Assembly (NCBI GenBank): GCA_965660445.1
Contig: CBFIAK010000001.1
Coordinates: 640,001-704,000, forward strand
DNA: 64,000 nucleotides
Source of the DNA: Patescibacteria group bacterium
Lineage (GTDB): Bacteria > Patescibacteriota > Gracilibacteria > UBA4473
Direction: 5' to 3'
Position numbers and translations under genes: made by a program. The first letter of the stretch is position 1. Each line of letters begins with the position of its first letter. Below the pieces are notes generated by a model, which made no database searches, was not told where the DNA came from, and saw only the letters and a program-made list of their open reading frames with translations. This document shows positions 1 through 9,489 of the stretch, piece after piece.

Positions 1-1
1 A

Positions 2-58
2 GCACAACCAGAATACAAACCAGCTTGCCCAGGTGGAGCATGTTCATTAAAACGTTAA
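2..58 (+). CDS. 3' end of a CDS entering from the left edge (…AQPEYKPACPGGACSLKR*)
   Basis: Open frame from position 2 to TAA at 56-58, ending in a CxGGxC motif; too short to assign a family. Confidence 0.35.
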   Translation, partial: AQPEYKPACPGGACSLKR

Positions 59-198
59 TTTTAAAATACTACATTTCTTGTATTGGTTTGATGATTTTTA
101 GAGAACAAGGTATAAAGAGATTGTACGAATTTTTTTAAACACCTACATCAGGTGATTCTGAATTTCGTCGTTCTTTTTCATCTACAAAGGAGGATCGT

Positions 199-573
199 AT
201 GCATTATACATTTGCAGAACTTCAGTGTATTACTCCTGAAGCAGAATCAATTATTATTTCTCAGTTTATTCCTCGTAATACAGAACTTTCTGTTTTAGCA
301 GAAGTGTATTATTTCTCTGATACTGATAAAATGCGCTTATATGTGCAAGAAAGACTTCATGATCGCAAGAGACTTTTTCATGATTGGAAAGTTTTCTATG
401 ATCAAGGGGAAAAATTTTTACAATATTTAGCAATTCATCAAATGAGTGATTTAGCTCAAGTATTCCATGAATGGGAACTTGTTTATAAATACGCTTATGG
501 AAAACGTTATTTTCCCCTTTATTCAAATGCCATAGAAAATATGGAAAAACAGCCCAAACATTTGAACAACTAG
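199..573 (+). CDS. hypothetical protein
   Basis: 124-aa ORF with an AAAGGAGGA ribosome-binding site just upstream of the ATG. Confidence 0.65.
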   Translation: MHYTFAELQCITPEAESIIISQFIPRNTELSVLAEVYYFSDTDKMRLYVQERLHDRKRLFHDWKVFYDQGEKFLQYLAIHQMSDLAQVFHEWELVYKYAYGKRYFPLYSNAIENMEKQPKHLNN

Positions 574-680
574 AAATTACTCAGAAATATGTGAAACAAT
601 CTTTTTTTGCTTTTTTTACAACACCTAAAAATATATATGAAATATTGAGGTGTATGTAAAAAGATGAAAACATTTCTTTA

Positions 681-716
681 AATCTCATGAATTGTAAATT
701 CATGAGATTTTTTTTT
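681..716 (+). terminator. intrinsic terminator-like hairpin
   Basis: AAATCTCATGAAT…ATTCATGAGATTT followed by a T-run, downstream of ORF 199-573. Confidence 0.55.
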
Positions 717-766
717 GAACTTTTTATTTTGGGGGTATAATTCAGTTATAATTTTTATATTTTTCA

Positions 767-1150
767 ATGATTAAAGATTTTCAAAAATTTCTCATAAAAG
801 GAAATGCTGTTGATATGGCAGTGGGGTTTATGTTTGGGGCAGCGTTTGCAACCGTTGTTCGGTCTTTTGTGGATAATCTTATTATGCCTCCCATTGGGTT
901 TTTACTTGGGAAAATAGATTTTTCTGAGTTTGCGTATGTGTTAGTAGAAGCGACAGAAGAATCTTCTGGCGTTACTATTTCTTGGGGGCGATTTTTAAAC
1001 GATTTAATAAGTTTTTTCATTTTAGGGTTTATTATCTTCCTTATTGTGAGAACCATTACTCGGTTTCAAACAAAAGAAGAGATCAAACCATCATCTCCAC
1101 CAGTGCAGGAAGTGCTGTTAACAGAGATTCGAGATTTGCTGAAGAAGTAG
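767..1150 (+). CDS. mscL: large-conductance mechanosensitive channel MscL
   Basis: N-terminal F-x-x-F-L-I-K-G-N-A-V-D-M-A-V-G and C-terminal LLTEIRDLL signatures. Confidence 0.97.
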   Translation: MIKDFQKFLIKGNAVDMAVGFMFGAAFATVVRSFVDNLIMPPIGFLLGKIDFSEFAYVLVEATEESSGVTISWGRFLNDLISFFILGFIIFLIVRTITRFQTKEEIKPSSPPVQEVLLTEIRDLLKK

Positions 1151-1256
1151 ATATTTTTTATCATTGTAAAATACCATAAAATAATAAACTTGAAAGAGAA
1201 AAACGAAAAAACACTTTGTTCGTTTTAGTGCTTTTCTCTATACTTTAATAGAGTAT

Positions 1257-2864
1257 ATGAACAAAATAAGTACACAATTTTTCTTAAAAATAATAACTTG
1301 CTTTATCCTACTTTTTGGGGGAGGGGGAGAGGCGAGTGTTTTGCTTTTTACTGATGAGCTTCCCAAAAAAGTAAATAATGCATTTGTGCTTGATGTTTAT
1401 AATCAATATTCCACTTTTGATCTTCAGTTTGGAGGTTCTATTGATGCACGAATCCAATTTAATAACTTAGCGGACTCGTTTTCGATCAATAGAGATTTAG
1501 ATTTTGAAGGAAACCAAGCTTTAAATATGAGAATTGAGAACTTATCAAGTTCTCCTACTTGTGATGCAAATGTAATTGGACGTGTTTATCACGATACAAC
1601 AGATACTCAAACCTATGTCTGTAATGGATCTGGGTGGATACAAATAGATTTTGTGTTGCAAAATGATGATATGGCAGTAGCTCGGTATCGAGAAAATTTA
1701 AGCACGAATATAAATCTCAATGCAACTGATAACTTGATTCCGTGGAATATAGAAGATTTTGAAGATACTGTGTTTGTTCATGACACCGTCACAAATAATT
1801 CTCGTATACAGGTAAACGAAACAGGAAACTATTTGGTAAGTGGATCGGTAAGTGTTCAAGGAGCAGTTATGCGATATAATGGACGATTGAAGTTTCGACT
1901 CAATGGAGTGACGGATCTTCCAATGAGGTTTCAACCCGGATATATCCGAAACGGAAGTGGTCAAGATGAAACTGCACTTGTGTTTTCAACAATACTTCAT
2001 TTAAGTGCGAGTGACTATTTTGAAGTTTTAGTTGATCGCGAGTCTACAACAGGTGATGTATTTATGATACCGGGGGAGTCTTCGTTATCGTTATTACAAC
2101 TGAAAGGCCCCAAAGGTGATACGGGATCAAGTGGTGATTTTATAAATGGAGGAGAATCCACTGGATCAAATAGAAGTTTGGGGAATACCGATAGTTTTGA
2201 TCTTTCGTTTTTGACGAATAATCAAGCTCGAATATCTATACGAAGTAATGGAGATATTGATCTCAATAATAATCAGTTTATCAATGCTCGAATAGAAAAT
2301 GCTTCTTCAGATCCAACGTGTGATGGGGCGTCTATTGGAAAAATGTATTTCAATACAACTGATAGTCAGACGTATATGTGCGATGGAACCGAATGGAGTG
2401 CTATTGGTAATGGTGGTATTACTGTTGATGAGGGAGAACAAACTCTCGATTATAATACTATTCCCGAAAATACAATGTATGTGCTTTCAGATACATCAGC
2501 CAACAGACCTTCAGATGAAAGTTTTATTGTGAAAACATTGGGAAATACGAGTGTGCGAACACAGACGGCTAGTAATGGAACAAGTCGGTTTTATCGTGTG
2601 TATCAAGGGAGTGTTTGGAGTTCTTGGGAACAGGTGAAAACTTCTCGTTATGCGTTGTATGAGTTATCACAAATAGATCAAACAGATGGAAGTGTTTCGT
2701 ATATTTCACGAACAAGAAAAACCGATAGTAAATGGCTTATTACTCGTAGTGATACGAATGGGTTTACTTTTGCTCAAGAAGAAAACAATGTGGGAGTAAG
2801 TGATCTTACAACGGCGTGGAATAATCGATTAACACTTAATTATAATAGTGGGTTTACCCCGTGA
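1257..2864 (+). CDS. secreted/surface fibre-like protein (duplicated Cys module, C1q-like beta domain, short collagen-like GPKGDTG, tail-fibre knob-like C-terminus)
   Basis: Hydrophobic N-terminus; repeat RIEN..S.PTCD...IG..Y..TTD.QTY.C.G..W at 1530-1637 and 2289-2396; RVYQGSVWSSW knob-like motif. Confidence 0.6.
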   Translation: MNKISTQFFLKIITCFILLFGGGGEASVLLFTDELPKKVNNAFVLDVYNQYSTFDLQFGGSIDARIQFNNLADSFSINRDLDFEGNQALNMRIENLSSSPTCDANVIGRVYHDTTDTQTYVCNGSGWIQIDFVLQNDDMAVARYRENLSTNINLNATDNLIPWNIEDFEDTVFVHDTVTNNSRIQVNETGNYLVSGSVSVQGAVMRYNGRLKFRLNGVTDLPMRFQPGYIRNGSGQDETALVFSTILHLSASDYFEVLVDRESTTGDVFMIPGESSLSLLQLKGPKGDTGSSGDFINGGESTGSNRSLGNTDSFDLSFLTNNQARISIRSNGDIDLNNNQFINARIENASSDPTCDGASIGKMYFNTTDSQTYMCDGTEWSAIGNGGITVDEGEQTLDYNTIPENTMYVLSDTSANRPSDESFIVKTLGNTSVRTQTASNGTSRFYRVYQGSVWSSWEQVKTSRYALYELSQIDQTDGSVSYISRTRKTDSKWLITRSDTNGFTFAQEENNVGVSDLTTAWNNRLTLNYNSGFTP

Positions 2865-2871
2865 TAAAAAA

Positions 2872-5265
2872 ATGAAACAGTCTTGTGTTCGACTTTGTTT
2901 TCTGCTTATCATGAGCTTCCTCTCGTGGGGGGATGGGTATGCGTTGTTTTCACAAAATGGAAGTGTTATCACTCAAACAGGGACAGATACAAATCTTTCT
3001 GGTCTTGTTGGGCTTACGGGTGTTACTGTTGATACGGCTTCTTCAGTTATGCAATACGATATTGGAAACAATATTTTGGTTATAAATGGAACACTTTCTA
3101 TTGCGACAACCCAAAAAGAACAGCTTATTTTTAGAGGAATAACAAGTCATAATGAGCATGCTATTGAAGTAAGTGGGACACTCAATATTGGTACACAATT
3201 AGTTGATGATTATTTTTATACTTTTAATGATGGTGTACCTGCTATCCGGTATGATTTTGAATTTGCTGATGATCAGGAACCATGGATTGGGTTTGGTGAA
3301 GGAAATACAGGTACTCGGTCGGTATTTTATGTAGACGATGGAGGAACGCTCAATATCTATGGTCAGATAATGCATATTCGAGGGGCTGTTGCTGCTGATC
3401 CAAACACAACCGTTAACTGGGAAAATGCAGTGGTGCATGCTGATATGATTTATATATTTTCGACGAACTGGAGAATTGTAGATACGAATATATATACTCC
3501 GGGGAATCATTCTTTAGTAACCATTCCTCTTGAATACCAAAATGTTGGAGGAACCAATAGTGGTGCTTTTTATATTTCATTATCAAACTCAACACCAGAA
3601 GGAACATATATATTACGTGACATTCCAGATATTCCATCATCTGTATATCTCACAAGAGCTGGAAGAGAAAGCGGAACTCCACCTATTCTTCGAGCACTCA
3701 ATAGTGCTGACGGATCAGACCACATATTTGATACTGCTACTGACGGTGCTCAAAGACGATTTCAAGTCCTTATGGAATCTGAGTTTTTTGTGACGGCAAG
3801 TTTACTTGATGGCACTCCAATTGAGGATGCACAAGTGTGGTATCAAGGAAAGGCTGGTACAAATACGGTTGTTACAACAGATGTGAATGGAGAAACACCA
3901 GTACAAACTTTTTTGTTGCGAGATTTCTTAAACCCTGCGGGAACAACAATTCCGGTAGAAGAACGGTTTGATAAAAATGAAGATGGAACCGATAGAATTG
4001 ATGTATCAGTATGGTCGTACAATCATTTTGGAAGTATTAGTCAGAACGTGTCTTTAAAAGGAACGGGGGAAAAAGAGTTTTTAAGAATTTTATTTCCAGA
4101 TACAAATATTACAGAACCTAGTAAAGCAGTTGTTGATGGGTACGCTGAAATTGATGATTTTGAAAAACTCTATGACAGAGCAAAAAGTTATAAAATTGAT
4201 AATGTAGAATATCCTTCTGTTGAATGGCAGGTTATTGATGCTTCAGGAGAAACTTTAAATTTAGGGAGCAAAGATTTGGTGATTGATGGAACAGCGGTTT
4301 CTCCTTTTGCGATTGACCAATTTACAAATACGATCACTGTTCGCGCCGGAGCGATGGATTGTCTTGATGATACATTTACTCGTTTAGTAACTACGGGAAC
4401 GGTGACGTTTCAAAACGGAGCGAGTCCGGGAACTTGTATTTTTACAGACACTAATGGAACAAATGGAGTATTAACACTTACTGGAGTAAACAATGCTTCT
4501 GTGCTTGTCTATGATGACGATGATGTAGCAGATGCAACGATTAGTTATCAAACCGGTGTTTCAGGGGATGTTATTATTCCTTTCCTTCCAACATCATCTC
4601 TAAGCTATAAAGTCGTAGTACGACGAAAAGGATACTCAGAAGAAAATTTTTCTTTTGATCCGAGTAGTGGTGGATTTTTTGAGTTTCCAATTGCACAGTT
4701 TCAGTCTTTAACAATAGAAGGAAGTCCTGTGTATCAAAACAGTGGTGATATATTAAAAGCAAGTATTGATTTTAGTGGTCAGCGAATAAATATAGGTGAT
4801 TTCACTATGCCATCACAAGAACTTTATGACATCTTGCAAGATTATGAAATCACAGAAGAAGCGATGAAGTATCCACGTATTGCGAATTATGATGGAGAAG
4901 AAAGACTTTTATTATTAAACGGATACCAAATCAGAAATAGAGACGGTATTGCAGCTCTTCCCGGAATTAATGGATTTATTTTTGCGGAAATAGGAAACGT
5001 TCTTGATGCTTCAAACGGATCGGTTCAGTTTCTGGCAGACAATGCTGTTATTGATAGACAAGCACAAATAATTTCTATGCTTGAGAATATGCAAGGATCT
5101 ATATGGGACAATAATACAGAAGTTTTTGCTACACCGCAAGCAACCCTTACCAATATTACAGGGACAGGGTTTGATCCCAATCTTCATAGTTTATCAAACC
5201 AAGTTAATGAAATGCTCAATCGCGGAATTTTGAATTTTAATACGATGAAAGACTTACTTGAGTGA
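2872..5265 (+). CDS. large secreted beta-rich surface protein
   Basis: ~797-aa ORF from ATG 2872 with a signal-peptide-like N-terminus and G/T/N/D-rich composition; 7 bp downstream of the previous gene. Confidence 0.65.
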   Translation: MKQSCVRLCFLLIMSFLSWGDGYALFSQNGSVITQTGTDTNLSGLVGLTGVTVDTASSVMQYDIGNNILVINGTLSIATTQKEQLIFRGITSHNEHAIEVSGTLNIGTQLVDDYFYTFNDGVPAIRYDFEFADDQEPWIGFGEGNTGTRSVFYVDDGGTLNIYGQIMHIRGAVAADPNTTVNWENAVVHADMIYIFSTNWRIVDTNIYTPGNHSLVTIPLEYQNVGGTNSGAFYISLSNSTPEGTYILRDIPDIPSSVYLTRAGRESGTPPILRALNSADGSDHIFDTATDGAQRRFQVLMESEFFVTASLLDGTPIEDAQVWYQGKAGTNTVVTTDVNGETPVQTFLLRDFLNPAGTTIPVEERFDKNEDGTDRIDVSVWSYNHFGSISQNVSLKGTGEKEFLRILFPDTNITEPSKAVVDGYAEIDDFEKLYDRAKSYKIDNVEYPSVEWQVIDASGETLNLGSKDLVIDGTAVSPFAIDQFTNTITVRAGAMDCLDDTFTRLVTTGTVTFQNGASPGTCIFTDTNGTNGVLTLTGVNNASVLVYDDDDVADATISYQTGVSGDVIIPFLPTSSLSYKVVVRRKGYSEENFSFDPSSGGFFEFPIAQFQSLTIEGSPVYQNSGDILKASIDFSGQRINIGDFTMPSQELYDILQDYEITEEAMKYPRIANYDGEERLLLLNGYQIRNRDGIAALPGINGFIFAEIGNVLDASNGSVQFLADNAVIDRQAQIISMLENMQGSIWDNNTEVFATPQATLTNITGTGFDPNLHSLSNQVNEMLNRGILNFNTMKDLLE

Positions 5266-5270
5266 TAGAT

Positions 5271-5690
5271 CTATAATTGACACACTTTTACGCATTGTCG
5301 GGTGCAAACAATTGTTTCTGGTTGGTGTCTGCACACAGATGCACAAGGCGTATAGGTTCCGTTGTTTTGGTCGCACCACGTTTGACTGAGTCGCTCACAT
5401 TCATGGAACTCTGCACGATAAAATCCTCCGTTTTCTTTACAAGAGTCCGAAGAGGGGAGTATTGGTTGTTTCGCTATTGAGGTTTTGTGTTGTGTTGCAT
5501 TCTTTGTGTGTGGTAATAACACTGATTGGGGTTTGTAGTCGTGAGGTATTTGATCTGAATACGTAAAAGAAAGAGTCACTCCTTGATAGGGGATTTCTTG
5601 CGATTCTTGTGGTTGGGAAGATGAATTTCCTTTGATGATAAAAAGAATACCGAGAACCAAAAAAAAGAGGATAAATACTTGTCGTTTCAT
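5271..5690 (-). CDS. membrane-anchored protein with Cys-rich C-terminal domain
   Basis: ATG at 5690, one N-terminal TM helix, C-terminal CxxxGG…C…CASVCRH…CTRQCVKVC. Confidence 0.6.
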   Translation of the reverse strand: MKRQVFILFFLVLGILFIIKGNSSSQPQESQEIPYQGVTLSFTYSDQIPHDYKPQSVLLPHTKNATQHKTSIAKQPILPSSDSCKENGGFYRAEFHECERLSQTWCDQNNGTYTPCASVCRHQPETIVCTRQCVKVCQL

Positions 5691-5809
5691 AGAAGAAAAA
5701 TAAACCGAATGATACGGTATAATTTTTAGTAAAAAAAACAAGTGTTTTTTGGTTTTGACATTTCATGTAGAAAAAATAGAATTGTGTTCGTTCTTTCTTT
5801 TTTTTTCAC

Positions 5810-5883
5810 AGGCGCGTCGTATAATGGTAGTACAGGGGTCTCCAAAGCCCTTAGCGTGGGTTCGATTCCTGCCGCGCCTGCCA
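5810..5883 (+). tRNA. trnW: tRNA-Trp(CCA)
   Basis: Acceptor stem AGGCGCG/CGCGCCT, anticodon loop CT-CCA-AA, T-arm GGTTCGATTCC, encoded CCA end. Confidence 0.97.
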
Positions 5884-6030
5884 CACAGTACATTAAGCCA
5901 GTCCCAGATTGGCTTTCCTAGGGAAGCAGGGCACTAATTAATCTTTCAGATTTTGACCCAAATAAGCCTTTATGGGCTTGTTTATCATGTTTTTAAGGGT
6001 TCTAGACCTATTGCCTATGTATGTAGGGCA
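5884..6030. repeat. conserved non-coding left-end module, copy 1
   Basis: Homologous to 8028-8174 (shared TAAGCCAGTCCCAGATTGGCTTTCCTA, AATAAGCCTTTA, AAGGGTTC-AGACCTAT). Confidence 0.85.
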
Positions 6031-6948
6031 CTAAGAAGGCTTTTGAGAATCTATATACTCCTCAATTGCTTTTTTACTCGATACCCAATTACGACCTTCT
6101 TTGTAGGCATCAATTAAGCCTCTTCGAGCTAAAAGCCCTAAATACTCTGCCGAGTAGGGTGTTTCCGGGGCTATTTCAGAAAGCGGTCTATAACTTTCAG
6201 AATCTGTTTGTATTTCAAAAGCAGAAAGATAAAGATCCAAAGATCTTTCAAGAGCCTGTCCAATTAAGAGTTTTAGTTTTCCATAGTTTCCATTATTTGC
6301 CTGATTAAGAGCATCGTAATACTTTTTTCGGTCATTTCTAAGAATTACGGCTGGTGGATAACCCTCTTGCATAAGCCATAAATTCATAAGTAATCGAGCG
6401 GTTCGACCATTCCCATCAAAAAATGGATGAATCCATACAAAACGATGATGAATAAAGGCTGCTAACTCTAAATCATTTTCCTGTGATTGTTTTTTAACTA
6501 CCTGTTCTACAAAATCTGTCATGAGTTCTGGAATTTTATGTCCAGAAGGAGGGATGAAATTTGCTCCCATAATTCGAACCTGTCCATTTCGATATCTTCC
6601 TGTAAAATCCTCTTCTATTCCATCAAGTACCAATGTATGAAGCTGGAAAATATGGTCTTCTGTAATATTAGATTTTTGTTGAATAAGTAATTCTAAGTGT
6701 GCAATAGCTTTCTCGTGGTTTTTGGCTTCAAAATGTTCACGCAGAGATTTTCCCTTAATCGTTATACCTTCTTCAAGGACTAAACGTGTTTCTTGTAGAG
6801 TAAGGGTGTTTCCTTCAATCGCATTTGAATTATAGGTCCATTCAAGGGAAAGATCGTGTTTCAGCTTTTTAAGGATAGATGCAGAAAGAGGTCGGAGTTT
6901 ATCCAACTTCTTTTTTTTCTTTTGGATTCGTTGGAATAAATTATTCAT
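6031..6948 (-). CDS. Fic family protein (class II) with C-terminal HTH
   Basis: Catalytic HPFFDGNGRTAR motif; inhibitory SNAIEGN motif; C-terminal YSAEYLGLLARRGLIDAYKEGRNW HTH-like domain. Confidence 0.93.
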   Translation of the reverse strand: MNNLFQRIQKKKKKLDKLRPLSASILKKLKHDLSLEWTYNSNAIEGNTLTLQETRLVLEEGITIKGKSLREHFEAKNHEKAIAHLELLIQQKSNITEDHIFQLHTLVLDGIEEDFTGRYRNGQVRIMGANFIPPSGHKIPELMTDFVEQVVKKQSQENDLELAAFIHHRFVWIHPFFDGNGRTARLLMNLWLMQEGYPPAVILRNDRKKYYDALNQANNGNYGKLKLLIGQALERSLDLYLSAFEIQTDSESYRPLSEIAPETPYSAEYLGLLARRGLIDAYKEGRNWVSSKKAIEEYIDSQKPS

Positions 6949-6997
6949 ATCGGATAGTATTTATTTCAACTCTATCCGATATTTGATAAAAAATCAA
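6947..6997 (-). promoter_or_regulatory. sigma70 promoter overlapped by an 11-14-11 palindromic operator
   Basis: TTGATT(6997-6992)-17bp-TAGAGT(6974-6969); ATATCGGATAG(6947-6957)-N14-CTATCCGATAT(6972-6982). Confidence 0.8.
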
Positions 6998-7048
6998 GAA
7001 AACAAATTTCATCAAAAACTTTAGACTTATAGTGATCGATATAGGTCG

Positions 7049-7780
7049 CTATTTTTTGGGGATTATTTTCCCTTTAAAAGGGTGTGAGCAGACTACGGCA
7101 CATCGCTCGTTGATACATTTTGAACCATAAGGGCAATGTGATTGAATTAAATAGTGCATGGGGGTTTCGCAATTTGTGTCGTGAGAACAAGATTCTTGTA
7201 AGATTTCTATTACTTCAAAATCTTGAGAGGCTTCAGATAACTTCATTGTTTCGGAGTCAAGGAGAAGCCAAATACTTTTCCCAACTGATGGCTGTATGGT
7301 AAAGGGTTCTTCAGGTGCTCGGTCCATATAATTAACGATAACTGTTTTCCCTTCTCCAGATTTAGTTGTTTGAGGAGCAATACGATCTCCAAGAAGAATA
7401 GCGTTTGATCCGACATATCCATTCTCAGTATTAAGTGCGGCAACTACATAGAAAAATGTTCCAGATCCCCCTGAATTCTGTGTAAGAAGAAACACTACAT
7501 CTTCTCGACCATCATCATTCAAGTCTTTTTTAACTTCATTCCCAAAATACTGAGTAATAATTTTAGATTTGGATTCCGATACTTCCTCAATCTCAGACGC
7601 CCCATTTTCTAGTTTTATACGTGTACCATCAATAATATATTCAGCATCTTTGTAATCTGGCTGAAGAACTATTTGCTCCAGTTGTTTTACTTCGTGGTTG
7701 TCCTGCTTGCTATTAAATATATATAAAGCCCCTCCAAGTAGAACGATACTTGCGATTATGTATAGGATATTTTTTTGCAT
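7049..7780 (-). CDS. membrane-anchored hypothetical protein (island cargo)
   Basis: N-terminal TM helix; DLNDDGREDVVF…GGSGTFFY motif; Cys-rich tail. Confidence 0.75.
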   Translation of the reverse strand: MQKNILYIIASIVLLGGALYIFNSKQDNHEVKQLEQIVLQPDYKDAEYIIDGTRIKLENGASEIEEVSESKSKIITQYFGNEVKKDLNDDGREDVVFLLTQNSGGSGTFFYVVAALNTENGYVGSNAILLGDRIAPQTTKSGEGKTVIVNYMDRAPEEPFTIQPSVGKSIWLLLDSETMKLSEASQDFEVIEILQESCSHDTNCETPMHYLIQSHCPYGSKCINERCAVVCSHPFKGKIIPKK

Positions 7781-8007
7781 TCGTTTATTTTATTGCAATT
7801 GAATAATAGAAAGATTGAGAATATAAGGCAAAATTTCGCATGTATTTATAGATAATTACTTTTTCATCCTTTTGCTAAGGGCAAAGATAATGAAAAATGC
7901 AAATCAAAGTGTTCTATCGATGACCTATCCCCCTTAGTAGAAAAGGGATAATTCAATATCCCTCAATACTCTTTCTGGGATTGCTAAAGATTATTTTAGG
8001 AGGGGTA

Positions 8008-8027
8008 GATTCCTATCGCCCCTGCCA
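8008..8027 (+). repeat. diverged tRNA-Trp 3'-end copy (att-like relic)
   Basis: GATTCCTATCGCCCCTGCCA vs GATTCCTGCCGCGCCTGCCA of the tRNA (3 mismatches in 20). Confidence 0.75.
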
Positions 8028-8174
8028 CCTAGTGCACTAAGCCAGTCCCAGATTGGCTTTCCTATGGATGCAGGGCTCTAATAATTCCGAGTGAAATTAA
8101 TTTCAATAAGCCTTTACTGGCTTATTTATCTTGTTTTCAAGGGTTCCAGACCTATCGCCTAGGTATGCAGAACG
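8028..8174. repeat. conserved non-coding left-end module, copy 2
   Basis: Homologous to 5884-6030 and in the same position relative to the att copy and the Fic gene. Confidence 0.85.
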
Positions 8175-9092
8175 CTAATTAAGTTTTTTGGATTCGATGT
8201 ATGCATCAATGGATTTTTGGGTAGAAACCCAATTACGACCTTCTTTATAAGCGTCAATTAAGCCTCGGCGAGCAAGCAAACCTAGATATTCTGCTGAATA
8301 AGGAGTTTGAGGCGCCAGCATAGAAAGTGGTTGATAGATTTCTTTTTCTGTTTGTACATAAAAGACTGAAAGATACATATCGAGTGACCGTTCTATTGCC
8401 TGAGCGATCAAAAGTTCTATTTTTTTGAAATCTCCATTATTAGCTTTGTTTAAAGCGTCATAGTATTTTTTTCTATCATTTTTTAAAATTACAGCGGGAG
8501 GATATCCCGATCGCATCAGCCATAAATTCATCAACAATCGAGCCGTTCTTCCGTTTCCATCAAAAAATGGATGAATCCATACAAAACGATGATGAATGAA
8601 TGTCGCTAATTCTAAGAGATTTTCTTTTGATTTTCTTTTAATTATCTGTTCTACAAAATCTTTCATGAGTTCCGGAACTTTGTGTCCAGAAGGAGGAATA
8701 AAATTTGCTCCTACAATTCGAACTTGTCCATTTCGATATCTCCCCGCAAAATCTTCTTCAATTCCATCCAGTACAAGTTTATGAAGTTGAAGAATATGAT
8801 CTTCGGTAATGTTTGATTTTTGTTGAATAAGTGATTCTAGGTGCGTAATAGCTTTCTCATGATTTTTTGCTTCAAAATGTTCTCGAAGCGACTTCCCTTT
8901 GATTGTTATGCCCTCCTCTAGGACTAAACGAGTTTCTTGAAGAGTGAGAGTATTCCCTTCAATCGCATTGGAATTGTACGTCCATTCAAGCGATAAATCG
9001 TATTTTAATTTTTTAAGAATAGACGCGGGAAGTGGACGAAGTTGATCCAACTTCTCTTTCTTTTTTTGAATTCGTTGTAAAATTTCTTTCAT
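8175..9092 (-). CDS. Fic family protein (class II) with C-terminal HTH, paralog of 6031-6948
   Basis: Same length (305 aa) and same HPFFDGNGRTAR, SNAIEGN and HTH motifs; many synonymous differences. Confidence 0.93.
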   Translation of the reverse strand: MKEILQRIQKKKEKLDQLRPLPASILKKLKYDLSLEWTYNSNAIEGNTLTLQETRLVLEEGITIKGKSLREHFEAKNHEKAITHLESLIQQKSNITEDHILQLHKLVLDGIEEDFAGRYRNGQVRIVGANFIPPSGHKVPELMKDFVEQIIKRKSKENLLELATFIHHRFVWIHPFFDGNGRTARLLMNLWLMRSGYPPAVILKNDRKKYYDALNKANNGDFKKIELLIAQAIERSLDMYLSVFYVQTEKEIYQPLSMLAPQTPYSAEYLGLLARRGLIDAYKEGRNWVSTQKSIDAYIESKKLN

Positions 9093-9141
9093 ATCGGATA
9101 GTAACTATTTCTATTCTATCCGATATTTTATAAAAAATCAA
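9091..9141 (-). promoter_or_regulatory. sigma70 promoter overlapped by an 11-14-11 palindromic operator
   Basis: TTGATT(9141-9136)-17bp-TAGAAT(9118-9113); ATATCGGATAG(9091-9101)-N14-CTATCCGATAT(9116-9126). Confidence 0.8.
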
Positions 9142-9489
9142 GAAAATAAAGGCAAATGAAAGGGTTCTATGGTAACCGATGCCCTATGGGGATAGGGCAC
9201 CTTCATTTTTATGAAACTAAACCACAGAAAAGCCTTTTGGGGATTGTATCGCCATTTTAGAAGGGTTCGATACGACGAACGAAGAAAAAAGAAAGCGCTC
9301 GCAGAGCATTTTCTTTTGGCGAGTAAGGACGTCACGAAAGAACTATCCCGATTTTTCGGGATAAAAATGAATATCATTTTTTGTGATGAAATCACAAAGT
9401 GCTTGAGTATATGAGGAGCGAAGAGCGAACTACAAATTTTGATTTCCATTTATCTACTAAAGCCAACGAGAGTTGGCTGACAGGACGAT

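Noticed and set aside
5749-5937. 62-aa ORF across tRNA-Trp, and the 103-aa ORF 59309-59620 across tRNA-Arg
   Set aside because: These are shadow ORFs of tRNA genes.
9138-9449. Overlapping ORFs 9138-9449 (-) and 9211-9414 (+) as a possible integrase remnant
   Set aside because: No tyrosine-recombinase motifs; the region is better explained as element-end DNA.
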